Notes: a model not told the origin generated them from the sequence alone. A DNA stretch of 64,000 nt from Gemmatimonadota bacterium (GCA_036679605.1 JAZDCZ010000409.1:32001-96000), one strand, 5' to 3'; counted from the first letter of the stretch, positions 30,033 through 40,380 are shown. Numbers and translations: made by a program.

Positions 30033-31679
30033 ATGAACGAACAGATGGGCCTAATAGAGTTCTTTGCCATGGAGGCCGCCGACTATCTCGAGCGGCTGGA
30101 CGGTTTGTTGTCCGGCTCTGCCGAGCCTGACAGCGGCGAGTTCGTTCGGCTCACTCGGGCCCTGCGTGGTTCCGCCCTCATGGCCAACCAACGGGGAATC
30201 GGCGCCGCTTCGGAAGCGTTCGAGGATCTGGCCCGGGCGTTCAAGGAGCAACGCGTCGAGTGGAACGAGGCTATTAAGCAAACGGCTATTCGGGCGGTAG
30301 ACGATCTCAAGATTCTGGTGCGCAGTGTGGGCCAGTGGAGCGAAGCCGAAGACGCACAAGTCGCGAAGCTCGCCGCAACCTTGAAAGGCGCTGCTGGTGG
30401 CGCAACTCCGGATGAGCCGTCGCAAGTCGAGACCGGGCTTGATTCCGGCACCCGGGCGTTCATCGCGAGGGAAGGCGCTTCGGTCGCAAGTGCTCTAAAG
30501 GAACTCGGACAAGGTATCCAACAAGGAGCCATAAAGACCGGTCAACTGGACAGCGTTCTGAGGTCGATGCAGCCGCTCAGGGGTCTGGCGGTGCTGTCAG
30601 AACTCTCGCCCATCCCCGAATTGCTTGCTGGTGTGGATCGGGCAGTGAGTGTCGTGTTACAGCAGCCCGATCAACCCAACGATACCGCGCTCTTGTTCGA
30701 CGTGGCGGCTAGAGCCCTGTCGGGCGCCGCCCAGCAGGTCGCGGCGACCGGCGAGCCGAACCCCGACTCCCCGGAGGCCGGTGAGTTTGCACGACGCTTA
30801 CATGAGTTGCTGGACATCGGTGGCGAAATCGTTGACATAGAGTCGCTGTACTATGACGATGATGGGCCTCACGTTGTACACGAGGGAATCCAGCCGATCG
30901 CTCCGGGACGGCTCGTCGCGTTGGAGTTGGTGGCTCACGGTGAACATCTGAAGCAAGCGGCGGACGAACTCGAGCGGGCCCAGTGGGATACTCAACGCGA
31001 ACTGCGGGCGCTGGCGCTGGCCGGGACATTTAGATCGCTAGTTTCGGCGGCCGGTAGCACGTTGGCCCCCGCAATGACCGCGTTTACAGAGGCCGCCCAC
31101 AACGCGGTGCACCGCGGGGTCCCGCTACATCGAACTGCTGGGTTCGTCACTCAATTGCGCAAGGTCGGAGTCGCACTGACGGGTGCGGCGGAGGGTGAGG
31201 AGCTGCGATTGGAGCAGCAGCTATCCGAGGTAACGACCGCACTGGAGGCATTACAGGCAGCAACGCCTGACGCCGTGGTAGACCACTCCGAAATCGCTCT
31301 CGCCGACGGGCCGCCAAGCCGACCGCCTGCCCCATCGGCGGCAGTTTTGAGTCCGACCAAGTCCGTGGCATCGGAGGCGGGCCCCACTGATCTCGCCGAC
31401 AGCTGGATTGATTACGAGAACATTTCTAGCTCGCCCGGGCTGGGTGAGCCCTCTCTTGAAGAACTCCTCTCTGGATCACCGGCCACACCGGACAAAGCCG
31501 CCGAGGAAGATCTCGTCGCGATTAACGAGCTGTGCTATTCCGGTTCTGCCGCGATCGGGAGGGCTCACGACATACGGAGCGAAATCCAAGAAGTCTTAGC
31601 GGTAACAGCGATCGACCGGCCGGCTCTCAACGATCTCGTGGAGGAACTCCTAGATCTCGTCGAACTCGGCCAGCGCTAA
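30033..31679 (+). CDS. Protein with tandem degenerate HPt-like helical bundles
   Basis: FFAMEAADYLERLD..VRLTRALRGSALM resembles CheA P1; second copy VLRSMQPLRGLA. Confidence 0.7.
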   Translation: MNEQMGLIEFFAMEAADYLERLDGLLSGSAEPDSGEFVRLTRALRGSALMANQRGIGAASEAFEDLARAFKEQRVEWNEAIKQTAIRAVDDLKILVRSVGQWSEAEDAQVAKLAATLKGAAGGATPDEPSQVETGLDSGTRAFIAREGASVASALKELGQGIQQGAIKTGQLDSVLRSMQPLRGLAVLSELSPIPELLAGVDRAVSVVLQQPDQPNDTALLFDVAARALSGAAQQVAATGEPNPDSPEAGEFARRLHELLDIGGEIVDIESLYYDDDGPHVVHEGIQPIAPGRLVALELVAHGEHLKQAADELERAQWDTQRELRALALAGTFRSLVSAAGSTLAPAMTAFTEAAHNAVHRGVPLHRTAGFVTQLRKVGVALTGAAEGEELRLEQQLSEVTTALEALQAATPDAVVDHSEIALADGPPSRPPAPSAAVLSPTKSVASEAGPTDLADSWIDYENISSSPGLGEPSLEELLSGSPATPDKAAEEDLVAINELCYSGSAAIGRAHDIRSEIQEVLAVTAIDRPALNDLVEELLDLVELGQR

Positions 31680-32715
31680 TAACACAGGGTCCCGTCGATT
31701 CGGCTGGACCGGTGTCATTGGGCTCGTCATCTCCGTCGCACTTCTCTGGTGGACGCTGCACGACGTATCGCTTTCCGAGGTCTGGGACCGCGTGCGCGGT
31801 GTGCGGGTGTTGCCCTTCTTGGCCGCCATAGCTGCCGCCACTCTCACCTTTCCTTTGCGCACCGTTCGCTGGCAATACCTTCTGAGGTTTGAGGGCAGCA
31901 CTCTCCCGCTTGTTCCACTGTGGCATGCAACAGCCATCGGATTCATGGCAACCAACCTGCTGCCCGCCCGAGCCGGCGAGTTCGCACGAGCCTATGCGGT
32001 GCGACACTTGACCGGAGTGCGATTCACCTCGGCGTTCGCATCGATCGCAGTCGAGCGCATCATGGACACGGGCACGCTCGTCGCATTCTTGGCGATCGCC
32101 ACTTGGACAGGGGGCTTTGCATCCGACACCTCCGTCGGCGTTGCCACGCTAGGCCAGCTTGCACGAGGGGCCGGCATGTTCTTCACTCTACTGTTGGTAA
32201 TGTCGATTCTAGTGGTGCATTGGCCCGCCCCCACTCTCAGGATCACGAGGACACTGGCTCACAAGATTCTAGCAGAGTCCTGGGCTGCCCGGATCGTGGA
32301 TGCCGTGGAAGGTCTGTTGGCGGGACTCGACTCCTTGCGGAGCCCAGGTAGGTTGGCAGCCGTCGCGTTTTGGTCCCTGGCCGTGTGGCTCACAGGAGCG
32401 GCGTCGTTCTGGTTCGGGTTCGTCGCTTTCGGTATCGAGGTGCCATGGTCGGCCGCGTTCATGCTGCAGTCGATACTGGCATTTGGTGTCGCCCTGCAAT
32501 TCAGCCCGGGGTTTTTCGGGCAGTACGAGGCCATTACGCGTGTCACGCTCGGGCTCTATGGGTTGGGATTGGGCAAGGCAGTGTCATTCGCGGTCGGGTT
32601 TCACTTGGGCGGATTCATTCCAATCACACTGCTGGGTCTCTGGTCGCTGTCGCGAGCGCAGATAAAGATCAGGGAGTTGAGCACCATGGGTAGCACAGAG
32701 GATAGTGGTGGATAG
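31654..32715 (+). CDS. Lysylphosphatidylglycerol-synthase TM / flippase-like membrane protein
   Basis: RTVRW..LL, GFMATNLLPARAGEFAR, VERIMD, SPGFFG; the frame is open from 31654 and includes a first TM before the ORF-track start; exact start uncertain. Confidence 0.85.
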   Translation: MSSNSASANNTGSRRFGWTGVIGLVISVALLWWTLHDVSLSEVWDRVRGVRVLPFLAAIAAATLTFPLRTVRWQYLLRFEGSTLPLVPLWHATAIGFMATNLLPARAGEFARAYAVRHLTGVRFTSAFASIAVERIMDTGTLVAFLAIATWTGGFASDTSVGVATLGQLARGAGMFFTLLLVMSILVVHWPAPTLRITRTLAHKILAESWAARIVDAVEGLLAGLDSLRSPGRLAAVAFWSLAVWLTGAASFWFGFVAFGIEVPWSAAFMLQSILAFGVALQFSPGFFGQYEAITRVTLGLYGLGLGKAVSFAVGFHLGGFIPITLLGLWSLSRAQIKIRELSTMGSTEDSGG

Positions 32716-33589
32716 GGTACAGGTCGCCGCGCACGCGAAGGTCAATCTCTTCCTGCGAATTTTAGCACGAGAGGACTCGGGCTTTCACAGTTTGGAGACT
32801 CTATTCGCACTCTTGGAATTGCATGACACGCTCACGATCGAGCGCGCGGCGACTGGAATAGAAATAGACGTGGACGGTGCCGAGACTGGACCTGTCGAGG
32901 AAAACCTGGCGTACCGGGCGGCAGCGCTAGTGTTGGAGGCGACGGGCGGGAAATTCGGAGTCAAGATTCAGCTTCAGAAGTCGATTCCGGTGCAGGCTGG
33001 TTTGGGGGGTGGGTCGAGCGACGGAGCCGCCACGCTGCATGCGGTTAACAAGCTGGCAGATAACGCCGTCCCTAGCCACGAAATTCTGCAGCTCGCCGCC
33101 AAACTGGGAAGCGACGTTCCGTTCTTCGCCTCCGGTGCGGCAATGGCATTGGGTTGGGGGCGCGGCCAGCGTTTGCTGGCAATACAGCCACCTCCTGCCG
33201 CTCACACACTCGTAGCGGTGCCTGGGTTTGGAGTAAGCACCGCAAACGCCTACGACCTGCTCGCATCTTCCCGCGTCAAAGATGTTCCACGCGGGTCGAT
33301 TCTGCTAAACGATCAGTCCTTTTCTACTTGGGGCGGCATCGGTCGGTTGGGCGGAAATGACTTCGAGCCGGTCGTGTTCGGAAAGAAGCCGCAACTACGT
33401 GACTTGTTTGAAAGTGTAGCTCAAACTCGACCGCTCATGGTGCGAATGTCCGGCTCCGGGTCGGCGGTCTTTGCCATATACAAAAATGAAGGAGATCTAT
33501 CCGACGCGGCAGTCGCGGTCGGACAGAGAGACCAGGTGCTCATCCGGACGATGACTCGGCAGGAGACAGTTACAGCGATCGGGAACTGA
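32705..33589 (+). CDS. ispE: 4-diphosphocytidyl-2-C-methyl-D-erythritol kinase
   Basis: AKVNLFL, IPVQAGLGGGSSD, LGSDVPFF, MSGSGS. Confidence 0.95.
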   Translation: MVDRVQVAAHAKVNLFLRILAREDSGFHSLETLFALLELHDTLTIERAATGIEIDVDGAETGPVEENLAYRAAALVLEATGGKFGVKIQLQKSIPVQAGLGGGSSDGAATLHAVNKLADNAVPSHEILQLAAKLGSDVPFFASGAAMALGWGRGQRLLAIQPPPAAHTLVAVPGFGVSTANAYDLLASSRVKDVPRGSILLNDQSFSTWGGIGRLGGNDFEPVVFGKKPQLRDLFESVAQTRPLMVRMSGSGSAVFAIYKNEGDLSDAAVAVGQRDQVLIRTMTRQETVTAIGN

Positions 33590-33681
33590 TGTGCCACGGA
33601 GAGCGTTTGCTACTGTGAAGCCGAAAAATTTGCGCGTGCCGCCGACGCGCTGTCTCGAACAGCCAGTCAGGAGGCTATCAC

Positions 33682-34104
33682 ATGCACGCCAAGACAATCA
33701 TTGGTACGGGTCTCGCTCTCGCCACTGCCACCACGATCGCTATCGCGGGCGGCATGCTTACCCCAACCAAATCTGCCGCTAACTCCGTTACGTCCCCGTC
33801 GGCATCCATTCGTGTTGTGAATGCTGACGACCGTGACCTGCGAGTGTATGCGATGAGCCCCGCCGGCCTCCATCTACTGGGCACTGTGAATTCGAACGAG
33901 TCAACAGGTTTTCGACTTCCCGATGGTTTTGCAACAGCGAACAACCACATTGTGCTAGTCGCTACGCACCTAGACTCCCACGAGACCTACGTCTCCCAGA
34001 AATTCGACATCACTGCGGGTGACTTGGTGGAGTGGAAAGTCAGGGGCCAACCCGGCCAGAGCGATGCCACTGTATTCCACAAGTTGGGCACCGCACTAGA
34101 CTAG
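33682..34104 (+). CDS. Hypothetical secreted beta-rich protein
   Basis: AGGAGG RBS; signal-peptide-like N-terminus. Confidence 0.7.
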   Translation: MHAKTIIGTGLALATATTIAIAGGMLTPTKSAANSVTSPSASIRVVNADDRDLRVYAMSPAGLHLLGTVNSNESTGFRLPDGFATANNHIVLVATHLDSHETYVSQKFDITAGDLVEWKVRGQPGQSDATVFHKLGTALD

Positions 34105-34133
34105 TCAACACGTCTCCATAGACTCTACATCTC

Positions 34134-34163
34134 GCCCTGTCGGCCATCCACCTACAGGGCTTT
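34134..34163 (+). terminator. Possible intrinsic terminator
   Basis: GCCCTGT...ACAGGGC stem followed by TTT. Confidence 0.35.
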
Positions 34164-34266
34164 GCCTATCCGGATAGATTCTCTTCTTGCAATTTGCTCG
34201 CTGCTAGAACACCGATTAGCTTTGGACCGCACCTGCAGTGTAAGATTATATCATGTAATGAGTTGC

Positions 34267-34337
34267 TGGCCCCTCGTTCAAGGGTAGGACACCGGTCTTT
34301 GGATCCGGGAATGGTGGTTCGAATCCACCGGGGCCAA
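34267..34337 (+). tRNA. tRNA-Gln (anticodon TTG)
   Basis: TGGCCCC/GGGGCCA, CCGGT-CT-TTG-GA-TCCGG, GGTTCGAATCC; classic position between ispE and prs. Confidence 0.95.
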
Positions 34338-34445
34338 CTGGAGTACCTATCGCTCGGGCCTCCTGCCGCCCATTAGGGACCCATCACATTAGTATTCTGT
34401 CGTCCACAACAGAGGTCTATTGTCCACCCTCAGGAGGTAGAGACC

Positions 34446-34904
34446 ATGATTCCTACAATGTCCTTCATGCGCAGGAGAATCGGATCGCATGCAGCGATCC
34501 TGATTTCGTTCGTTGCCGGTCTCGCCGCATACGGTTGCGGTGGCGGTAGTGATACCAACACCGGCCCGGGCAACAACAACCCGCCACCACCGCCAACACC
34601 GGCGCAGACTGCCGCGCCGGTGATAACCAGTGTCGCGTGGGTACAAGAGGCTGGCTGCGTGGCCGGAACCGCAGGTCCCGTCACGATCACGACGACCGCC
34701 ACGGACACAGACACCCCAGTAGCAAACCTCAGTTTTACCGGGACGGTAACCAGCTGCACCCCAGCCATCAGCATGGCTACCGCCACAGTCACTTGCCCGC
34801 AGACGGGACTCTATCAGGGGAGCGTGACCGTGACTGACCCCGAAAGCAACTCGGACGCTCAGTCCTTTTCCTTTGGGCCGTGCGAGGAGGGGTCGGCACC
34901 CTAG
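34446..34904 (+). CDS. Hypothetical Thr/Cys-rich lipoprotein, possible Ig-like domain
   Basis: AGGAGG RBS, lipobox AYGC, poly-Pro linker, SVTVTDP. Confidence 0.7.
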   Translation: MIPTMSFMRRRIGSHAAILISFVAGLAAYGCGGGSDTNTGPGNNNPPPPPTPAQTAAPVITSVAWVQEAGCVAGTAGPVTITTTATDTDTPVANLSFTGTVTSCTPAISMATATVTCPQTGLYQGSVTVTDPESNSDAQSFSFGPCEEGSAP

Positions 34905-34931
34905 GGCAGGGCGCTTTCAGAGTTGCTAGGG

Positions 34932-34962
34932 ACCCCGAGCGTCACTTTACGGCGCTCGGGGT
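34932..34962. terminator. Hairpin between convergent genes
   Basis: 12-bp stem ACCCCGAGCGTC/GGCGCTCGGGGT (one G-U pair). Confidence 0.6.
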
Positions 34963-34991
34963 TTGCCCTCCTAATCGACCTCCGCTTTTTC

Positions 34992-35855
34992 CTATCCGAT
35001 TAGAGTGGCGAGCATGAACGCCCCCACCGCCACGAAGACCACCGCCAGCCCCACCTTGATGTGATCCGGATCCAGACGCGCCTGTAGCAGTGGCCCTATC
35101 TGCCCACCCACAACCACTCCCGGTACCGTGAACGCAACCAGGCTCAACACTTGCCACAGCACTTCGGGCTCCGACTTGAAGGCGAACGTGTAGAAGTGTC
35201 CCGCCGATGCTACGAGTACGCTCACGACTACAACGAAAATCGCTGTGCCGACCGCCACCGGCGGTGGAATACGACACCTCACCACTAAATGGTACTCCTG
35301 AAGCTCGGCCAGACCCACTGAGATCATTCCCAAGAACCACCCGCCGAGTGCTGCGAAGCACATGCCCTGTCCCTTATTGCAGATGGTGTAGCGAAACTCC
35401 CTGCCCGACCGGTCGACCAGCCTGGAGGTGGATGATTCGCGACCAGCTTCATCGATCCCGCCCTCGATCGCACGGACCTCTTGGTGTCGCAGTGACGAGA
35501 ATAACTGCCAGCCGATAAAAACTACTCCCACCGCGAAAATCGCCTTCAGGACGTCGGCCGGAAAAGCTTCAACCGTCAGGCTCCCGATGATGGCGGCCGG
35601 CACGGAGAACATCAGAAGACTGAGGCCGAGCTTGAAATCGATCAAGCCCTGTCGAGCGTAGGCGTAGACCCCGGATGCGAAGCCGAACAACTCCGTGATG
35701 AGAGCCGTGCCAATCGCAACGGAAGGTTCGATCTTCAATGCCAGCATGAAGATAGGAGAGAAAAAGACAGCGCCACCGATCCCGGTGGACATCGCGATTG
35801 TGGCGATGCCAATCGAAATCGGAAACATGAACCAGTACTGAAAAGTCAATTCCAT
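34992..35855 (-). CDS. Sulfite exporter TauE/SafE (TSUP) family
   Basis: STGIGGAVFFSP, AIGTAL and AVGTA repeats, GGQIG. Confidence 0.85.
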   Translation of the reverse strand: MELTFQYWFMFPISIGIATIAMSTGIGGAVFFSPIFMLALKIEPSVAIGTALITELFGFASGVYAYARQGLIDFKLGLSLLMFSVPAAIIGSLTVEAFPADVLKAIFAVGVVFIGWQLFSSLRHQEVRAIEGGIDEAGRESSTSRLVDRSGREFRYTICNKGQGMCFAALGGWFLGMISVGLAELQEYHLVVRCRIPPPVAVGTAIFVVVVSVLVASAGHFYTFAFKSEPEVLWQVLSLVAFTVPGVVVGGQIGPLLQARLDPDHIKVGLAVVFVAVGAFMLATLIG

Positions 35856-35962
35856 TCTTCATCCCCGCGTAACGCAGCCCACTGTCGTATCGACCAACGC
35901 CGGCAGCCTGTCTGACGCACGCCCAGCCCCCTTCTCTAACCTATTATCTGTAAGTATCTTGC

Positions 35963-36925
35963 GTGGCTATTATGCCAGAAATATCTGTCAAATCCAGCAA
36001 AATGCTCCTCATGTCCGGGACGGCCAATAGGCCTCTCGCCGAGGAAATTGCCCAATGCTTGGGGCAAGAGCTTTGCAAAGTAACCATCAGGCGCTTTGCT
36101 GACGGCGAGATCTTCGTCAAGATCGACGAAAACGTTCGGGGCCAGGATGTGTTCATCATCCAACCCACCTGTCCGCCGGCCGACAACATACTTGAGTTGC
36201 TGATTCTGATCGACGCTGCTAAGCGCGCGAGCGCGGCTCGCATATGTGCGGTGGTGCCCTACTACGGTTACGGGCGTCAGGACCGCAAAGATCAGCCGCG
36301 TGTGGCGATAAGCGCCAAGCTGATGGCGAACATCATCACAAAGGCTGGAGCGGAACGACTGCTGGCAATAGATTTTCACCAGCATCAGCTACAGGGCTTC
36401 TTCGACATACCGGTCGATCACCTGTACGCAGCGCCCGCGTTCGTGCAGCACTACCGCCAGAAACAACTCAAGCAGTTGGTGGTGGTCGCGCCGGACGTGG
36501 GTGGTGCCAAGATGGCCCGAGGGTTTGCCAAACGACTAGATGCATCCCTCGCCATAATAGACAAGCGGCGGCCATCGGCGAATATCGCCGAGGTGGTAAA
36601 CGTAGTCGGGGACGTGGCGGATCGTGACTGTCTATTGGCCGACGATATGATCGACACAGCAGGCACGATGTCTGAGGCCGTTCACGCACTCAAGCGGCTG
36701 GGCGCACGCGACGTCTACTGTTGCGCGAGTCATCCCCTGCTGTCGGGTCCGGCGGTCGAGCGCCTCAAGGGATGTCCTGTAAAAGAGGTTGCCGTAACAA
36801 ACACCATGCAAGTGCCGGAAGAGCGCAGATTCGATAGGTTGAAGATTCTGACCATAGCGCCTCTACTAGCCCAAGCTATTCGATTCACCCATAGCGACCA
36901 GTCGGTCAGCTCATTGTTTAGCTGA
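35963..36925 (+). CDS. prs: Ribose-phosphate pyrophosphokinase
   Basis: FADGE, PYYGYGRQDRK, VAPDVGG, DDMIDTAGT. Confidence 0.97.
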   Translation: MAIMPEISVKSSKMLLMSGTANRPLAEEIAQCLGQELCKVTIRRFADGEIFVKIDENVRGQDVFIIQPTCPPADNILELLILIDAAKRASAARICAVVPYYGYGRQDRKDQPRVAISAKLMANIITKAGAERLLAIDFHQHQLQGFFDIPVDHLYAAPAFVQHYRQKQLKQLVVVAPDVGGAKMARGFAKRLDASLAIIDKRRPSANIAEVVNVVGDVADRDCLLADDMIDTAGTMSEAVHALKRLGARDVYCCASHPLLSGPAVERLKGCPVKEVAVTNTMQVPEERRFDRLKILTIAPLLAQAIRFTHSDQSVSSLFS

Positions 36926-36955
36926 CCGGACATCAACTGATTAGGACTCCAGAAC

Positions 36956-37633
36956 ATGGCTGATACAATCACTCTGAGCGCGGAACCTCGTAGCAAGACC
37001 GGCAAGGGACCTGCGCGCCAGTTGAGAAGAGAAGACAAGATACCAGCGGTCATCTACGGACACGGCCGCGATTCAGAAGCGCTCGCTGTGCTGCGAGCCG
37101 ACCTAGACAAGACCCTCGTAGCTGCCGGTGGCGGGACGACGGTCATTCACTTGAAGATCGGCGGCAAGAAGGTGAGAACTCTCATTCGAGAGCTCCAGCG
37201 TCATCCGACCGGCCGCAACGTGACCCACGTGGATTTCCTCGAGATCCATGCGGGGGAAAAGCTCACAGTGCGCATCCCGATCCACCTGGAGGGCTCTCCG
37301 TTTGGGGTACGTACTCATGGCGGAATCCTGGATCAGACTCTTCGGGAGTTGGAGATCCGGGTGTTGCCGAAGGACCTCCCGCCACATGTGGAAGTAGACG
37401 TCACGGAGTTGTCCGTCGGTGACTCCATCCACGTTCGCGATCTCGTTGTTGCCGACGTGGAGGTTCTCGACAACCCCGACAGGACTGTCTGCACCGTGGT
37501 GCCGCCGAGAGTCGAGGCCGAGCCCGAGGTGGTGGTAGAGGAGGAGGAAGAGGGAGCCGAGGACGCCGTGCCGGAACTCATCCGGAAGCCGAGGGCAGAG
37601 GGCGACGAAGAAGGCACCGGACCAGAGGAATAA
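36956..37633 (+). CDS. rplY: 50S ribosomal protein L25/Ctc (long form)
   Basis: GKGPARQLRR, IPAVIYG, HVDF, plus C-terminal domain. Confidence 0.95.
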   Translation: MADTITLSAEPRSKTGKGPARQLRREDKIPAVIYGHGRDSEALAVLRADLDKTLVAAGGGTTVIHLKIGGKKVRTLIRELQRHPTGRNVTHVDFLEIHAGEKLTVRIPIHLEGSPFGVRTHGGILDQTLRELEIRVLPKDLPPHVEVDVTELSVGDSIHVRDLVVADVEVLDNPDRTVCTVVPPRVEAEPEVVVEEEEEGAEDAVPELIRKPRAEGDEEGTGPEE

Positions 37634-37636
37634 GTT

Positions 37637-38221
37637 CTGCGCGTTCTTGTTGCGCTTGGGAATCCTGGGGCCGCACACGCGTTCACCCGGCACAACGCGG
37701 GCTTCATGCTCGGCGATTGGCTAGTGAAGCGCTGGGAGTTCCCGTCGTTTCACCGCTCCGGCCAGGCAGACGTCAGTGACGGTATGGTTGGTGGTGAAAG
37801 AGTGGGTCTCGTTAAGCCAAGAACCTACATGAACCGCAGCGGGAGAGCGCTGAGGCCGCTCCTCAGCAGCTCCGATTTCGATCCCGCAACCCAACTCTTG
37901 GTCATGGTCGACGACTTCGCGCTTCCGATTGGAGCTTTTCGTGTCCGGGCGCGAGGATCCGCGGGAGGACATAACGGACTCCAGAGCATAGAAACAGCCG
38001 TGGGATCGCCGGAGTATGGACGCCTCAGAATCGGCGTCGGCCCGCTGCCTGACGACACGACCGACCCGGCGGATTTTGTGCTCGAACAGATGACTGAGGA
38101 CGAATTGGACACCATCGGAAAACTCCTGCCGGCCTTGCAGGACACAGTGGAGTGCTGGATCAACGAGGGTATCGAGACAACGATGAACCGCTACAACCGA
38201 CGAGGACAACAGAGTGACTGA
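37637..38221 (+). CDS. pth: Peptidyl-tRNA hydrolase (probable CTG start)
   Basis: From CTG 37637: [43 protein letters not shown]. Confidence 0.93.
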   Translation: MRVLVALGNPGAAHAFTRHNAGFMLGDWLVKRWEFPSFHRSGQADVSDGMVGGERVGLVKPRTYMNRSGRALRPLLSSSDFDPATQLLVMVDDFALPIGAFRVRARGSAGGHNGLQSIETAVGSPEYGRLRIGVGPLPDDTTDPADFVLEQMTEDELDTIGKLLPALQDTVECWINEGIETTMNRYNRRGQQSD

Positions 38222-40271
38222 TTTTAGCTTTCTGCCCATCGCGGCCATAGCCGCGGGCGTGGCCGGATTAATAATCGCTTGGATCACGTACCTTTACGTG
38301 CGGCGTCAGTCGCCGGGTAACGAACTCATGCAGGAACTCATGGAGTTGGTTCATGACGGCGCCATGACCTTTCTCCGCCGCGAGTATTCCATCCTGATCC
38401 CGTTTCTGGCAGTCATCGCCATTCTGTTGGGACTAGCGATCGGGTGGAACACCGCAGCGGCCTACCTGGGTGGCGGCATCTGTTCGATCATCGCTGGATT
38501 CTCCGGCATGAAGGCGGCCACCAGGGCCAACGCCCGCACGAGCGAGGCGGCCCGTGCGAGCGGCGAGGCGATGGCACTCCGAGTCGCGTTCAACGGCGGT
38601 GCTGTAATGGGGCTCGCCGTCGCGAGCCTAGGACTCCTTGGGATCGGCCTAGTCATGCGAGCCTTTCTTGGAGACCCGACCAGTGAGGATGCTTGGCAGG
38701 CTTTCAGCGAAATCATCACTGGGTTCGCCATGGGGGCTTCGTCTATCGCTCTGTTCGCACGAGTGGGGGGCGGGATCTTCACAAAGGCAGCGGACGTGGG
38801 TGCTGACTTGGTCGGCAAGGTAGAAGCCGGAATTCCTGAGGACGATCCGCGCAACCCCGCCACAATCGCGGACAATGTGGGCGACAATGTCGGTGACGTG
38901 GCAGGCATGGGTGCGGATATCTTCGAGAGTTATGTCGGTGCTGTAATCGCCACAATAGCGATCGCGGCAACAAGCCCGCTCATCGCCCACCGCATGGCAG
39001 GCATTGCGCTCCCGGTACTCTTTATTGGGGCAGGCCTGATAGCCAGCCTCATCGCGATCGCGATCTTCCGAGTGCTCGAGAAGGCAAGTCCAGCTGCCGC
39101 CCTCAGGTGGTCGACGTTCATCGCAGCCGGCCTCTTCTTGGCAGCGGCTTACTTCATAACCAGCAACGTTGACATCGGTATCACAACCGCATCGGGCGCC
39201 GCCAACGTGCTCGGTCCGTTCTGGGCCGTAGTAGCTGGTACAGCCGCCGGCATAATCATTGGCTTGGCAACCGAGTACTACACGGGCGCCAAGCCGGTTC
39301 GTATGATCGCAGAGGCGTCACTGACCGGCCCAGCCACCAATATTATTGCAGGACTGGCGATAGGCATGCGTTCTACTGCGATTCCGGTGCTCGTGATCAG
39401 CGGCGCCATCTATGTCGCGTTTACCAACGCCGGTCTTTACGGGATCGGTATCGCGGCGGTGGGAATGCTCGCCACAGTGGGCGTTACGATGTCGGTGGAT
39501 GCCTATGGCCCGATCGCCGACAACGCAGGCGGCATTAGCGAGATGAGCGGGCTCGGCCCCGAGGTTCGGAAGATCACGGACGGATTGGACGCGCTCGGCA
39601 ATACCACGGCAGCCATGGGCAAGGGGTTCGCCATTGGTTCGGCTGCCCTGACCGCGCTGGCACTCTTCAGCGCGTACGCCAATGCCGTGACCCCACAGGG
39701 TGCACCGCCCCTCATACTTGATATCGTAGATCCCAAGGTCGTCATTGGCCTGTTCCTCGGCGGGATTCTACCGTTCTTCATCGCTGCATCCACAATGACC
39801 GCGGTTGGCAGGGCAGCCGAGGGAATGGTCCAGGAGGTTCGACGCCAGTTCCGCGAGATCGCTGGACTGATGGAAGGCAAGGCCAAGCCGGACAGCGCCA
39901 GATGTGTCGATATCGCTACGCGAGCTGCGCTACGAGAGATGATCCTGCCCGGAGTCATAGCTATCGCAGCCCCTGTGGTCGTTGGCAAGTTTCTCGGTGT
40001 AGAGACCCTGGGCGGACTCTTGGCAGGCGCCACCCTGACCGGCGTAATGATGGCCCTGTTCATGGCCAATGCCGGCGGAGCCTGGGACAACGCCAAAAAA
40101 TACATCGAGGGGGGAGCGCACGGCGGCAAGGGATCGGACCCACACAAGGCGGCAGTGGTTGGCGATACCGTGGGCGACCCATTCAAGGACACCAGCGGAC
40201 CGTCCCTCAACATTTTGATCAAGCTGATGTCGGTGGTGAGCCTGGTGCTTGCGCCTTGGTTCATCGGATAA
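38214..40271 (+). CDS. hppA: Membrane-integral pyrophosphatase, K+-dependent, probably Na+-translocating
   Basis: [49 protein letters not shown]. Confidence 0.95.
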   Translation: MTDFSFLPIAAIAAGVAGLIIAWITYLYVRRQSPGNELMQELMELVHDGAMTFLRREYSILIPFLAVIAILLGLAIGWNTAAAYLGGGICSIIAGFSGMKAATRANARTSEAARASGEAMALRVAFNGGAVMGLAVASLGLLGIGLVMRAFLGDPTSEDAWQAFSEIITGFAMGASSIALFARVGGGIFTKAADVGADLVGKVEAGIPEDDPRNPATIADNVGDNVGDVAGMGADIFESYVGAVIATIAIAATSPLIAHRMAGIALPVLFIGAGLIASLIAIAIFRVLEKASPAAALRWSTFIAAGLFLAAAYFITSNVDIGITTASGAANVLGPFWAVVAGTAAGIIIGLATEYYTGAKPVRMIAEASLTGPATNIIAGLAIGMRSTAIPVLVISGAIYVAFTNAGLYGIGIAAVGMLATVGVTMSVDAYGPIADNAGGISEMSGLGPEVRKITDGLDALGNTTAAMGKGFAIGSAALTALALFSAYANAVTPQGAPPLILDIVDPKVVIGLFLGGILPFFIAASTMTAVGRAAEGMVQEVRRQFREIAGLMEGKAKPDSARCVDIATRAALREMILPGVIAIAAPVVVGKFLGVETLGGLLAGATLTGVMMALFMANAGGAWDNAKKYIEGGAHGGKGSDPHKAAVVGDTVGDPFKDTSGPSLNILIKLMSVVSLVLAPWFIG

Positions 40272-40324
40272 GAACAACCACTACCACTGGAACAACACCC
40301 CTGGTAGATTGCGTCCCTTCGGAA

Positions 40325-40380
40325 ACCACCTACTCCGCAACCAAAGAGTGGCGGGGTCACTTAGTCCAAAGGATGGTGTC
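40325..40380 (+). promoter_or_regulatory. Putative S6:S18 autoregulatory leader
   Basis: ACCACCT can pair with the SD region AGGATGGT; inner hairpin ACTCCGC/GCGGGGT; unpaired CCA just before the SD. Confidence 0.55.

Noticed and set aside
39503..40360. 285-aa minus-strand ORF
   Set aside because: Antisense shadow of hppA.
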